A stretch of 64,000 bases of DNA from Rhynchopus sp. YZ270_cl-10 (taxonomy: Eukaryota): NCBI GenBank assembly GCA_964035575.1, contig OZ037840.1, positions 1,612,001 through 1,676,000 on the forward strand, given 5' to 3'. How positions within the stretch are numbered: position 1 is the first letter of the stretch; the number at the start of each line of letters is the position of its first letter. Position numbers and translations under genes: made by a program. Under the pieces are notes generated by a model that searched no databases, was not told the origin of the DNA, and saw only the letters and a list, made by a program, of their open reading frames with translations. Shown in pieces: positions 36,590 through 49,110 of the stretch.

Positions 36590-38797
36590 ATGGGCTGGCT
36601 TGGAGAGCGACTGTCCATCAACGGTACACTATGCAAACAGGAGGCTAAGGTGCGGGAGGTGTTTCTTTGGGTCTGTGGGCTCGGCTTCGTCTCGACTGCG
36701 GGGTACCTTGTTGTGTACTTTGCTGAGCTCTGGGCCTGGCCGCTGCATCTTACCGCCGCATGCCTGCTACTATTCGACTTTGCCATCACGACTGTCTACA
36801 TCCTGAGCAAACGCCGTCTCAGCAGCTGCGTCAGCGTCACCTCGGTATACGTTATGGCCTTCGCCGTATTGCTGTCTGACTTCACTGCGCGCGCTTTGAC
36901 CCTCTCCATGTGGCCTGTTCTCGTGTTGATGGTGGATTTCCTTCTTGTTCTTCAGGTACCTTCACGATACACGATAGGGCTGGTATGTGTGGTCGCAGTG
37001 TGGCTGACGTTGTTGAGCGTCGAAGAAAGCTTTCGATTTGGCCTGTTGGATGTATGGGGCCTCCCCCCGCAGGACGGGGTGTATGGGAGGAGGAAGCATT
37101 TCGCGCGTTTGACGCAGTGTGATATGCTTCCCTGCGCAACGGGATCCCCTTCGAGGACGTGGCTGCTCTCTATAATGGTGTTCGTGATGGATTTTCTGGC
37201 GACGAGAGGGTTTGCGAATCAGGTCCTGAAGGAGCGAGACACCATGCAGAGAACGATCAGCACTGTGCAGGAGATCGCCTCGCTGCTAGCAGGATACGAC
37301 GTGGAAGGGGTGACCGACATGCTGGAGGTGCAACGGGCCTACCTACCTGAAGAGATGCACGCAACACTGCGGAGGATGGAGGAGAACCTGCGGAAGTACC
37401 GTCCCTACCTCCCCACTGCGCTGTTTGAGGATGAACTCGATATGAGCCTCTGGCAGCGCCGCTCTACGGTAGACCCACCGGGGCTGGGGGACCCCTTCAA
37501 AGCCGAACCCGCTACGGCCACCATCGTATTCACTGACATCCGCTCCTCAACCTGGATATGGGGCCATGCCCCTGAAGGCATGCGAGCAGGGCTGAAAGTC
37601 CACAACGCAGCGATGCGCTCTGTGCTGCAAGCCTTCAACGGATACGAAGTGAAAACCATCGGCGATGCCTTCATGATTGCCTTCGAAAAGACTGTCGACG
37701 GTGTCAACTTCGGCCTCCGTGTACACGAAGAGCTGTACGAGGCGGAGTGGCCTGCTTCTCTTCTCGAAGAACCCCTCTGCGCTGCAAAGAAGCTCTGGCG
37801 TGGCCTGACTGTCCGCGTTGGGGTGAATAGCGGTCCCGTTGATCTGGAACTCTGCGATCTGACCGGCCGGATGGACTACTGGGGGCAGACAGTTAACATT
37901 GCGTCTCGCTTGGAAAGTACCTGCATACCGGGAGCTGTAGCGGTCCTCGCGGAGCTTTGGGACACACATTGCGGCAGTTGCCGTGCAGTAGTTGGCGCCT
38001 CCACGAAGATCGACTTTAAGGGGATAAGCGCAGGGACTGCAGTGTGCCGTGCCTGGCCGGTGTCGCTGGCAGGTCGGCAAGATTCGCCTCTAACAACGTT
38101 GGCCGCTGTGCCGTGTATCTCGCCGTCACCTAATCCGCGAGACAGAGTGATTGAGATTACAGGGTTCACTCCAGACAACCTTTCGTCGAACAGCAACCGG
38201 TCTAGCGTGAGTTCGACTGCAGAGCCGGCGTATCCCTTCGTAGCGACCGTGGGGGTCGTTGAGCTGGCCACCGGGGAGGACGGAGAGGTCACCGCGCTGT
38301 GCTCGCTGAGCCAAGGGCTGGCGGTACTGAGCGTCGCGCTGGGGCAGAGTGGGGGGACCTTGGTGGCGCTGCTCGGGGGAGCTGCATGCGTCGGGTGGAA
38401 CCTGACACGGTCCACCCCTGCCCATATCGAGAACGCAGTGTACTTTGGCCAAAGAATGCGAGGTGTGCACGTACTCAAGGGTGCCGGGATAGTGACCGGG
38501 CCTGTCCAGTATGGTGACGTAGGTGCAAGGACACAGCGCTTTGTGACGGTGATAGGGCCGACAGTGCGGAGGGCTTGGGCGCTCTGTGCGGAGGCTGTGC
38601 AGGTGGATAAGACGTGCTTCTTCGAACCGCCTGAGGGGGTGACGTTGCCAGCCTCGGTGGAGGAGGTGTTAGTCAGAGAAGGGAAAAGCGGGTTTTTTAG
38701 AATCCTTGAGCCTCGTCATCTCGACATCAGCGCATCACGGTGGGGTAATGTGGCACAAGAGGCTGTTGGGGGTAAGGAAGGGATTGTATTACATTGA
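36590..38797 (+). CDS. multi-pass transmembrane class III adenylate cyclase with a second, degenerate cyclase-like domain
   Basis: Several hydrophobic N-terminal helices; TIVFTDIRSST, YEVKTIGDAFM, VRVGVNSG, DYWGQTVNIASRLES (K and D imply ATP specificity); C-terminal GIVTGPVQYGDVG...FVTVIGPTVRRA. Confidence 0.9.
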   Translation: MGWLGERLSINGTLCKQEAKVREVFLWVCGLGFVSTAGYLVVYFAELWAWPLHLTAACLLLFDFAITTVYILSKRRLSSCVSVTSVYVMAFAVLLSDFTARALTLSMWPVLVLMVDFLLVLQVPSRYTIGLVCVVAVWLTLLSVEESFRFGLLDVWGLPPQDGVYGRRKHFARLTQCDMLPCATGSPSRTWLLSIMVFVMDFLATRGFANQVLKERDTMQRTISTVQEIASLLAGYDVEGVTDMLEVQRAYLPEEMHATLRRMEENLRKYRPYLPTALFEDELDMSLWQRRSTVDPPGLGDPFKAEPATATIVFTDIRSSTWIWGHAPEGMRAGLKVHNAAMRSVLQAFNGYEVKTIGDAFMIAFEKTVDGVNFGLRVHEELYEAEWPASLLEEPLCAAKKLWRGLTVRVGVNSGPVDLELCDLTGRMDYWGQTVNIASRLESTCIPGAVAVLAELWDTHCGSCRAVVGASTKIDFKGISAGTAVCRAWPVSLAGRQDSPLTTLAAVPCISPSPNPRDRVIEITGFTPDNLSSNSNRSSVSSTAEPAYPFVATVGVVELATGEDGEVTALCSLSQGLAVLSVALGQSGGTLVALLGGAACVGWNLTRSTPAHIENAVYFGQRMRGVHVLKGAGIVTGPVQYGDVGARTQRFVTVIGPTVRRAWALCAEAVQVDKTCFFEPPEGVTLPASVEEVLVREGKSGFFRILEPRHLDISASRWGNVAQEAVGGKEGIVLH

Positions 38798-38840
38798 GAT
38801 ATGCGTGTTGTTTTTTTGTTTTATTTCGACAAATGAAGTA

Positions 38841-39250
38841 CAGTAGGACAAGTAATATTGGCGACCAAAAAAGTCGCCAATTGCAAGAAAACCCCAAAAT
38901 CCGCCAATATTTTTTGGTCGCCAAGTTATTTGGTGGGAAAGCGGTTCTTATTGGTACAAAAATCACAAGTACAAAAAATGTGCCCCTTCAGTGCACCAGG
39001 TGCAGCGTATCTTTCAAGAAAGTCGAATATTAGCTCCGCGGCACGCATCACGCAGCCACCCAAAAATACACATGGTGAGGCACAAAAACTTTACCAAAAT
39101 TGCGAAAAAAAAAACCCCCCCACTTCCGAATCACTAACCCTACCAATTAATATTGGCGACCAAAAAAGTCGCCAATTACAAGAAAACCCCAATATTGTTG
39201 CCAATATTATTTGGTCGCCAATTTGTTTGGTTAAGTTTCTTGTCCTGCTG
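38841..39250. mobile_element. Tc1/mariner-type MITE
   Basis: ta|cagtaggacaag ... cttgtcctgctg|ta; internal ttggcgacc/ggtcgccaa palindromes. Confidence 0.8.
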
Positions 39251-39745
39251 TAAGTGAAGAAATAAGGTTGTTAAGGGAGTTGTCGTGTGTGTGGACAATG
39301 AAAGACATCAGTATTCCGATTTTTATTTTTCTATGATGCCATGCAAATGCTAAAAGGAAATTGAACACCGTACCTCAACTCCCTGCCTTATTTTTCCCCC
39401 CGTGAAGCCACAACTTTGTGTGGTCACATGCTGTTGTTGATGTTCACTCTCTCGACCCTCTACTCTACGATACTGAGCAATCTAGGTTGCGTCCTTCACC
39501 TTTAAACAGATTGTGTGTGTGTGTGGGAGAGTTTCAATGGATTCAATCAAAAAAAAATATTTTCAGCTCCCTTTTTTTTTCCTCCCTCACACCATAGATG
39601 GTAGTCTGGCAGAGTCTGGCAGACTTTTCAAAAAATCTGGAGTCTGCCAGACTCTGCCAGACTTTTTTTTCTCGCCAGACTTGGGAAGGTATATAAAACA
39701 TTTTGGCGGACATTGTCCGACCCCCCCCCCCTAGGGGGGGTCACA

Positions 39746-42700
39746 CACGGCGGGGTCCACACACCCGAGGGTCCGTAAATTTTACGGACCCTCTTTACGG
39801 ACCCTCAAGTGCGGACCCGGGTCCGTAATTACGGACCCTAGGGTCCGTAATTACGGACCCTAGGGTACGTAATTACGTGGTCTAAGGTGGGAAATCACTG
39901 TTTGGATGTGTGACTGCTGGTCGAAAAGCCCTGGGAGCAAACCGAGTGGTACACAGGTACCACATGATAGACCATGATCATGTGGGCCTATCCCAAGTTA
40001 CATACCGAAAAAAGTCGTGAGCTCGGTTAGTTGTCAAAGACGTCTTCCACCATGCACTGAGGAGATAATGATCCAACAATTTACAAGAAAGATTACTTAA
40101 CCTACTGCTGGAAATTGCCAGGTCGTAGTAACACACAAAGTGTGCCTCCGTTCGGGAATACCGGATATTCTAGAGACCAAAAAGGCCTCAAGAATATCTT
40201 CCGGTAGTCAAGGTATAACCGAATGAACGGCCCAAGACCCCCGTGGAGAAGTTAAATGTTGTAATGCTATCAAGTACAAACTGCGAACACTGTCTTACCC
40301 TCCTCAATACATGGTGGAATATTTCTTTGACAACAAACCGAGCTCAAGAGTTTTTAAACTTCCCTGAGGGAATGCGAGACGCAAAATTTACCACCAGACC
40401 CTGTCTTCGTGCACCTTCGGTGCAACGCTGCAGACAGGCCAAACTGCGTTGGACTCAGAGGAATGCCTGCTGTGCAGTGTATCAATGAGAACCAAGTCCC
40501 AGCAACAAGGGGCGCCTTTTGGCGGGCGTTGTTGAGGGTGTTTGGGGTGCAAAGTTTTCCACAATTTTGATGCGCGGGTACAGAAGTGTTATCTTGTTCT
40601 TTCATCTTTAGGAATGTAAATGTCAATCGCGTTTAACTACCACTAGGGCTTGTTCAGTGAACCCACAAGGGGTCGAAGGGGGTTGGTTATCCCATAGCTA
40701 TCAAAGGTTGTGTCGACCAGGCTAATCCACTATGTTACGCTGTACGTTGTTAAATCCGAAGAAATAACACTTTAGCAGCCGCAGGAAGTTTGTTAAAAAG
40801 AGTGCCTCACGCTACACAAACCACCACCCGCGATTGACTTAGATGTTATAACAAAGAGAATTCAGAACAAAACAACACCCTGCCCCATACACACTAAATT
40901 GTCATGCTTATGCCTGGGCCAAAATTACTGTTGACCAAAAAGGCAACAAGACCACCCACAAGGAGTGTGAATTGTGCACTGGTTTTCTGGGGGAACGCAA
41001 TATTTTCTTGTGTCTAGTCCTCCGCAAGCAGAGGACAGACTTTCCGGAAGGTTTCCAAAGTCGAATTTCTTGCACTAGCTATGCTCCCTTGGTTAATGGC
41101 TATAGCAGTGACTGACTAAGTGTACCCACCCCCCTCCACCCAGATCTTCGTCCGCAAACTCAGAATAGATTGATGCGGGTAGATTTTGAGTTGTTGAATG
41201 TCGGACCGCGGTGAAGCTTCTCATCGCAATCGCGGGTGCAGTTCAGACTTCACGATCCTGTATAAGTGTAAATGTGGGGTGTGATTAAGTTATGGTATAC
41301 AAACGTAGTAGTCGGGAAAGGTGAGGTTAATAAAAAAGGCTATTTATTGCCGTGAAATAAGATAGATTTTTTCCACGCTACAGGTCGAGAGAGTGACCTG
41401 CTGCACAAATGGTTCGAGTGAAGCGAGGTGAATTATGTGAAGCAGGTAACGAGCGCCTGTGGAACCAAATAGAAACGTAACACTCATCACACGATAAAAC
41501 CCATGGGAGAGGTTGTGGTGAAACGCACACACCTCGACCTGAGGAGTGGCTCTGCAGCGCGGTTCGTCCCCAGAACCGCAAGTGTGTTCAAAATGCTTTG
41601 TTTCTATTTCCTCCTTCATGTCATGAGGTGACACAAAATGATTGGTGCGTAAAAAAATAGCTATTTAATAGTGTGAACATTACGCGTTTATTTCGAGTTG
41701 AAAACACGAACAAGTTGAAATATGCGGCATTTTTTTGTTCAATCTTCACTAGTAACTGAAAGTTAAACATAATTACATACCTTGTCTTCCCCGTAACCTG
41801 CGCCTTCGCTGCTTTTAAGGTGCTTTCTCTGGGTGCCCAGTACCCAGTACCCAGTACCCAGTACCCAGTACCCAGTACCCAGTACCCAGTACCCAGTACC
41901 CAGTACCCAGTACCCAGTACCCAGTACCCAGTACCCAGTACCCAGTACCCAGTACCCAGTACCCAGTACCCAGTACCCAGTACCCAGTACCCAGTACCCA
42001 GTACCCAGTACCCAGTACCCAGTACCCAGTACCCAGTACCCAGTACCCAGTACCCAGTACCCAGTACCCAGTACCCAGTACCCAGTACCCAGTACCCAGT
42101 ACCCAGTACCCAGTACCCAGTGTCTTCGAGAACCTAAAAATGCGTTTTGTTGAAATTTTCTGGCTTTTTCTGAACTTTTCCCAGCTACTTTTCTGGTCGT
42201 AGCCGACTTTTCTGATCGAGTAGCTATTTTCACTTTTCTGGTGTATGAGTAGGTTTTCTGGGTGGGAGACTGGATTCTGGGTACAGTGGTGTGTCTGGGC
42301 ACCCAGGCACCTGGGTACTGGTGTATTTTCGGCCCAGGTACCCCGGTACACGGTACACTGGTGTACAAGGAAAAAAGTCGTGAAAAAAGCAACCACAGCT
42401 CCACATGACAAACACAAAAGTGTCCAGTCACGTGGGGCATTCATGCACTGAGGAGATAATGATCCAACAATTTACAAGAAAGATTACTTAACCTACTGCT
42501 GGAAATTGCCAGGTCGTAGTAACACACAAAGTGCGCCTCCGTTCGGGAATACCGGATATTCTAGAGACCAAAAAGGCCTCAAGAATATCTTCCGCTGGTC
42601 AAGGTATAACCGAGTGAACGGCCCAAGACCCCCGTGGAGAAGTTAAATGTTGTAATGCTATCAAGTACAAACTGCGACCACTGTCTTACCCTCCTCAATG

Positions 42701-43258
42701 CATGGTGGAAGATGTCTTTCACAACAAATATCCTGTACACAGGTACACAGATACACAGGTACACAGGTAAAACCCGTTAAAATTGTGTGTGAAAGTTAAA
42801 AATAGCTATATTTGCATTTTTCGCCCAGCATTGAGGACACATAGGCCCACCAAGGGCAATTTTGTGATGTCAAAAAAAATTTTTTTTCGGCCCAAAAATT
42901 GACTTGTTTTCGGTAAAACCCACTAAAAATTGTGGTACTCTAAACTGCGTTTTAGACCCCCACAGATGCTCAAAAGTGCCAAATTTTGCTTTTAATGGCC
43001 TCAAATCGTCCAAATTAGCCCTAAACGGGGGCAAAAAAAAATTTTCGAGAGTCCCTTTCCCTGGGAGGCTCCGTAATTACGTACCCTAGGGTCCGTAATT
43101 ACGGACCCTAGGGTACGTAATTACGGACCCTAGGGTACGTAATTACGTACCCTAGGGTCCGTAATTACGTACCCTAGGGTACGTAATGACACTCCGTAAA
43201 GAGGGAGTGTCCTAACATGCCGTTTTACGGACCCTCGGGGTGTGCGGACCCCGCCGTG
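39746..43258. mobile_element. nested CACG-ended TIR element, 2-bp TSD (CA), carrying core X cargo
   Basis: ca|cacggcggggtccacacacccgagggtccgtaaa ... tttacggaccctcggggtgtgcggaccccgccgtg|ca; subterminal acggaccctagggtccgt palindromic arrays at both ends. Confidence 0.8.
41836..42121 (+). repeat. (CCCAGTA)n array, ~41 copies
   Basis: Perfect 7-mer array; flanks match those of 47132-47585 in inverted orientation. Confidence 0.95.
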
Positions 43259-44102
43259 CAAGGGGAGGACACTGCACTTTTTCAGGGTTTTTTAATTCTA
43301 CGCGCAGCGCAGTGTCCGACCCCACAAGTCACTACCCAAGACCCCCCGGAAAACGTCCTGGAGGCCCGAAAATACCAAAAATAGTGACCAGAAGTGACCA
43401 GAAAATCAAAATTCCGAAAAAAAAAGGGGTCGTGGGACAGGGTTTGTACCTTGCCTATTGCTATTTTTTAGCACATAAACGAGATATGGCCATGGCAACA
43501 GCCCATGACTCATATTTTAGGAAGTAAATGACACATCTCGACTAATATCATCTAATTGCGCTTGAATACAGCCAAAACAAGACAAGACGGTCACCTGGCA
43601 TCTGTATTTTGTGGGTCGTAGTGACCAATGTATACACACGCTTAGGTACCTACACTATTAATAGGCCAGGGAGTGATCAATTTAGGGAGGAAAATTAGTC
43701 GGGTGTAAATTATCGAGCAGATGTGCCGTCACTGCCTCACCCGGTCCCTCAGGGTATCTTCCCCAGGGCGTTCGCCCCGGGGCGAAAAATATTTTTTTTC
43801 GTTAAAAAAATCTTTTCCTGAAAAAATGACATTTTATTTCGCCCCAGGGCTTCGCCCCACCGGGGCGAAACCCTGTATAAATAAATAAATAAATAAAAAA
43901 AAGGCCAGGGCTTCCCACAGGGGGGACCAGGGGGGACCACTGGTCCCCCTGGGGGAAAATAAAAATAATAAGGGGGGACCAGGGGGGACCAGGGGGGACC
44001 AGCCTGCCCTTGAGTGTTCCGAGGCTGCCTATTAGGAATTTTCCACATTTTTTTTAATTTTTCCCACCCTCCCGTCCCCGCGCATCCAAATACAGGCAAC
44101 TA

Positions 44103-44320
44103 CACGACGGTGATGTACAGTACATTACAAGTGAAGTTACATGTAACGTTACAAGTGAAAAACCGTTACAAGTGAGTTACAAGTGGGATACATGAATTAC
44201 AGGCAAAATCAGGTTGTAACTGGTGGGTTACAAGTGAGTTACAAGTGAGTTACATGTAACAAAAGTTACATGTAACTCACTTGTAACTCCACTTGTAACA
44301 CCCGTTACATCACCGTCGTG
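44103..44320. mobile_element. CACG-ended MITE with TA flanks
   Basis: ta|cacgacggtgatgta ... tacatcaccgtcgtg|ta; internal ttacaagtg repeats. Confidence 0.8.
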
Positions 44321-44335
44321 TAACAGGGGGAAAAG

Positions 44336-46237
44336 ATGGCACCAAAAAAGTCCTCCGGACCAAGACAGATTTCCATAATGGAATTTGCAAAGCGACCGGC
44401 GGAGTCCCAGTTATCGGCTCAGGCTCCGAAGAGGCAGAAAATAACGGTTGCAAAGAACCACGAGTATGCCTCATGGGCAAAGTGACCCCGTCACAGCCAG
44501 AACGCGACTCAATTGGTCAAACGCCGAAGGAAAAGGAAGCATGCAGCATGGCAAAAGAAAAAAGTAGCGTACCGTGCGCCTGCGGCGCAAGATTGCAAGC
44601 CACCCATGACATAGTGTGGCTGTAAAATGTGCAATTTTAATCACAGTATTTTGAAATGTTGCGTACCGTGGCTTCGCCAGGAACCTTTGCCATGACTGTC
44701 GTTTCTTTTTGTAGATGTCTATACGAGGAAACGTCTGCACGCTACCGACCTGACATATTTTTTCTTATTCCGCAAAGGTGGGGAACGTGAGATGATATGC
44801 AATATGCGAGTTAATGCAGCAGTTTTAACGGTTTGCCGGGACATTTTCGCCGAAGTCGAAAAATTTTTTTGACCACTTAAAGTGCGTAAAGGCGCGTAAC
44901 GTAACGTAGCGTCAGCGTTAATGCTACACACCACACAAATTAAAATCATTGAAAAAAAAAAAAAAATTCCACCTTTTTTTGGCTGGTCCCCCTGGGAGGC
45001 CAAAACCCCAGATCCTGCGGGAAGCCCTGAAAGGGGGAAAAAAAAAAAAAAAAAAGAGAGAGAGATTTCTCCCCACCACCCTGTAGACCCCCCCGGAGGG
45101 GGGGTCGCAGAGGGGTGTCCACTGTACTCAAAATCATCCGCAAACCCGCCTGCCGTGAGAGGAAGTTTCCCCAGCACTCCCGCTCCTCAATCCTGCAGTC
45201 TGCTGAAGGTGCCCCGTACCCCCTGTTATAGAAGGTGTCACTGCTCGTGTCAACTCTATCTTCAACGGCAGAGAGACGTTTTAGTTTATTGAAAATAATC
45301 AAACTAAGGATGAAGTCTCATATGACAGATGCCTCTCTCTTGTGCATCTGTTTGATTAAACAGCACAAAGAGACCCTCAGTGAGGGGGGGATTGATGAAA
45401 TTCTCCATCGTTTTGCTGGTTTTAGTATCAGGAAAGTTCAGCTGTAATAGCACTTGTGCTGGGGAAGGGATCACGCGCAAATCGCAATTTTTTTTGACCA
45501 CTCAGTACCAGGGATTCACCCCCCACGAACTAGCTTCTCTCCGGCGGGAAAATTTTTTTTTGACCTATTTTAAGCACTAGTAAAAAAGCAAAAATTTCGG
45601 ATTTTTTGGCATTTCGCCACGATCAGGAAAAAACGATGGCGATAGCGAACGCCCTGATCTTCCCTTTAAAAAAAAAAACACCTCGTATGACTTTTCAGAT
45701 ATTGCGATGCCCAATTCCCCCCTTGGTTTTGCAGTTCAGCCTTCAATAGCCCTGTACTAGACACGTATATAGGTATCCAGTCGTGGACTCGACTACAGCA
45801 CCACCCCGCATCTGCCTCGTCTTCTTTATCTTCTTCAGACCCCACGCTCATATTATTGTGGGAGGAAAGAGACATCCCTCGTGGATACAGCCAGGCACGC
45901 CACAATATACAGCGGCAAGAGTGGGGTGTCCACAGCCCACAAGGGCAAGGAACGCCGTATTGGGAGCTTAGGCACACTGCTCCAATGTGGCAAGGCCAGA
46001 CTGCTTGACGACAAGTCGTACGCAATGACCCGCGAGGAGGACGCGTGGGAGGCCCAATACCACACACGTCACTTTCCTCCCCTTTTCGCGTGTTTTCTTA
46101 AACTCAATCTCCCCAGGACTTGCAGAATCGCCTCTGAGGACACCTTCAGCAGGCCCATTCCACAGTGGATACGGCGCTTTGCCTTTACTGCCATTCCACT
46201 GCGTCTACACAAGGATTTTAGAGCGGACTTGGCGTAG
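44336..46237 (+). pseudogene. decayed hAT-like transposase
   Basis: Basic N-terminal fragment MAPKKSSGPRQISIMEFAKRP... at 44336; in ORF 45881-46237, WEAQYHTRHFPPLFACFLKLNLPRTCRIASEDTFSR resembles the hAT dimerization motif W...FPxL...LxxP...SExxFS. Confidence 0.5.
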
Positions 46238-46594
46238 AACTGCAAATCTAGTGCCCCCGGCACTTTTCCCACCCTCTCAATGCCTCCCAACGGTGTTTTT
46301 AATGGGTTTTGATTGTACCCCGATTTGAAAGGTGCCAAAGTACAAACCCTGTCCCAGGCCGTTTTTTTTTTTTTGAAAATTTCGAATTAGACCCCCACAA
46401 GTGCTCAGAAGTGTCCAAAACCAGGCGGAATTGAATTGTAGGTCACCCGGGGACCATATTTTCTGGTTTTTCAGGGTGATGTCCATTTTTTTCTCAAAAA
46501 AAATTTTTTTTGGTCGGGGTCCTCACTTTTAACATGGGATGTGACCCCCCCTAACCCCCCCCCCCACCCCCCCACGGACCAGATTTTTGGCGGA

Positions 46595-46628
<34 letters not shown>

Positions 46629-47131
46629 GTCTCACGGTGCGGTCTGTCGTGCTTGGAGTGTGTAAATAACGGACTTACCCCCTGAGTCCGACAGTCGGAC
46701 CCCCTGAGTCCGACAGACGGACTCTGGAGTCCGACTGTCGGACTCTGGGGTCCGACAGTCGGACCCAAAAAAAAATTTTTTTTTTGGCCAAAAAAATTTT
46801 TTGGGCCGAAAATCGCCTTGTATAGCCACTACAGTACACATGGTTTTACCAAAATAGCCGTATTTTGGCTGAAAATTTGACTTGAAAATTTTTTTCATTG
46901 TTTGGTCAATCTGAGGTTTTCTTTGAATTTTTTGGGCCATTTTATGACCTACTACACCCAATTTTTGGGGGATTTTTTTTTTCTTGGTCAAAAAATAGCG
47001 CTTGTTGCCTACTACTGGGTATAGGCTTGTTCAGAGGTGTGTATTTGGTGTACCCAGACATGGTCAAAACACATGAATTTTGCGTTTTTTTGCATTTTTA
47101 GGTTCTCGACCAACCAGGGGGCGACCAATTT

Positions 47132-47585
47132 GGGTACTGGGTACTGGGTACTGGGTACTGGGTACTGGGTACTGGGTACTGGGTACTGGGTACTGGGTAC
47201 TGGGTACTGGGTACTGGGTACTGGGTACTGGGTACTGGGTACTGGGTACTGGGTACTGGGTACTGGGTACTGGGTACTGGGTACTGGGTACTGGGTACTG
47301 GGTACTGGGTACTGGGTACTGGGTACTGGGTACTGGGTACTGGGTACTGGGTACTGGGTACTGGGTACTGGGTACTGGGTACTGGGTACTGGGTACTGGG
47401 TACTGGGTACTGGGTACTGGGTACTGGGTACTGGGTACTGGGTACTGGGTACTGGGTACTGGGTACTGGGTACTGGGTACTGGGTACTGGGTACTGGGTA
47501 CTGGGTACTGGGTACTGGGTACTGGGTACTGGGTACTGGGTACTGGGTACTGGGTACTGGGTACTGGGTACTGGGTACTGGGTAC
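47132..47585 (-). repeat. (GGGTACT)n array, ~65 copies (reverse complement of CCCAGTA)
   Basis: Perfect 7-mer array. Confidence 0.95.
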
Positions 47586-48289
47586 CAAGAGAAGGCAGCT
47601 TGACAGCAGCGAAGGCGGAGGCTACGGGGAAGACAAGGTATGTAAATGTTTAACTTTCAGTTACTTGTGTAGATGCAAACAACACACCCAGTGGTTTGCA
47701 GCATTTTATTTTCTTGTGTGCTTTCTCTTCTTTGAATCGAAAGTATGTGAACCTTATTACATCATGATACAATGCAACGAGGCCGAAACAGCCTCACTAA
47801 GGCCTCTGAAAATAAATGTTCAGACTTGGCACTTACTTATGTTTAGGTGCGCCTCAACCACACGCTTGAATATATTTAATTTGCCACACCTCAGATAGAT
47901 TTTCCAGATATGCCTATGTTCAGGCCTCGTCACAAATAGACAAAAAAACAAAAGCCAAAACAACAGAGAGAGAGCCAACAATTTTTTATCTCACTTGTGT
48001 AATAATGTTTAGCCGCGTTTTCGAAATTCCTTCCTGGAGATTACACAAAATACAGTAGACATTATCTCCGCACACAAAGAACAAAACAAAACCCATGCCG
48101 AGAGTAGGCGCAAAAGCAATGTGGAGGAGATCTGCGCATGCAACCAAAAGGGTTGCAGTCATAGGACTTCGAGGAACTGTTCACCATACCCAACCTTGAC
48201 GCCCCGTACTAGGTGGTCATACATCATTTGTCAAATATACTGTAGGAATTTCGAAAACGCAGCACAACATTATTGCCCGTGAGATAATA

Positions 48290-48872
48290 ACTATTTATTC
48301 GAGTGAAATAAGAACTATTTTATTTCACGCGCCACTAAAAAGGTGCCCGAGTGCGTTATTTCCCGAGCGAAGCGAGGGGAATAAGAGTGAGAGTCACGAG
48401 GGTGCCTTTTTAGTGGCAAGTGCAAGAAAATGTTCTTATTTCACTCAATATGTAATTTTATTCCACAAGTGAAAAACGTATTTATAGGTGTAAACAGTGG
48501 AACGTTGAGCCCACGCTCCACCCCTCACACCACCACACTTCAAATTACAGATTATTTATTGCCTCTTACACACATGCCTAAACCCACGCGCAAGTTTGCG
48601 GAGATGGAGGATGCATATGACAACTTGTTCGACGACATGAACAGTGGTGTGCAGTACAGGAAAACATGGGACGATTTCCTCCGTTTCAACAGACTTTCAG
48701 GAGCGAACGAGCCCAGGGAAGAACACGTCGTGTCCTTCAGATCACTCCGTGATCTTTTATTTCACTCCCCCACCCAATCCTTCACGATTTGCGTGAAATA
48801 AAACGTGAAATAAAACGAATCTTATTTCACTCACTTTTTCACCTGTTTACGTTTTTCACGCGTGGTATAAAA
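48290..48872 (+). mobile_element. possible Crypton-like (tyrosine recombinase) deletion derivative
   Basis: Long imperfect hairpin around ccgagcgaagcgagg, gtgaaataa/ttatttcac repeats, and a short ORF from 48574 (MPKPTRKF...SGVQYRKTWDDFLRF...EPREEHVVSF) resembling the N-terminal helices of eukaryotic YR elements. Confidence 0.4.
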
Positions 48873-49110
48873 TTACGTATCGAAAACTAAAGTGAACATT
48901 ATTTAACTGATGGGTGATTCACAAACTGGAATACGTGATACCCACTCGCTATCGCTCGTGACATCACTTTTATGATTACACTCACTTCACTCATGAAATC
49001 AAAATGCTGAACTCGCTTCGTGAAGTTGAGCCCCAGTTTGAGTCACCCACCACCTCGTGAAATAATGTTCACTTTATTTCATGAGATAATAATTATCTAA
49101 CTCAGTGAAA

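Larger units (their letters stand above)
39732..46553 (+). mobile_element. nested hAT-like element with transposase remnants
   Basis: 14-bp TIR tagggggggtcaca / tgtgacccccccta; A+C11 on both flanks; internal hAT-like coding fragments. Confidence 0.65.

Noticed and set aside
41836..47585. True telomere or chromosome-fusion site
   Set aside because: The arrays are internal, have matching unique flanks, lie within TIR elements and are not TTAGGG.
47037..47898. ORFs such as (GTGYWVL)n, (PGTQVPRY)n, (QYT)n and (GPGSWVL)n
   Set aside because: These are translations of stop-free microsatellites inside mobile elements.
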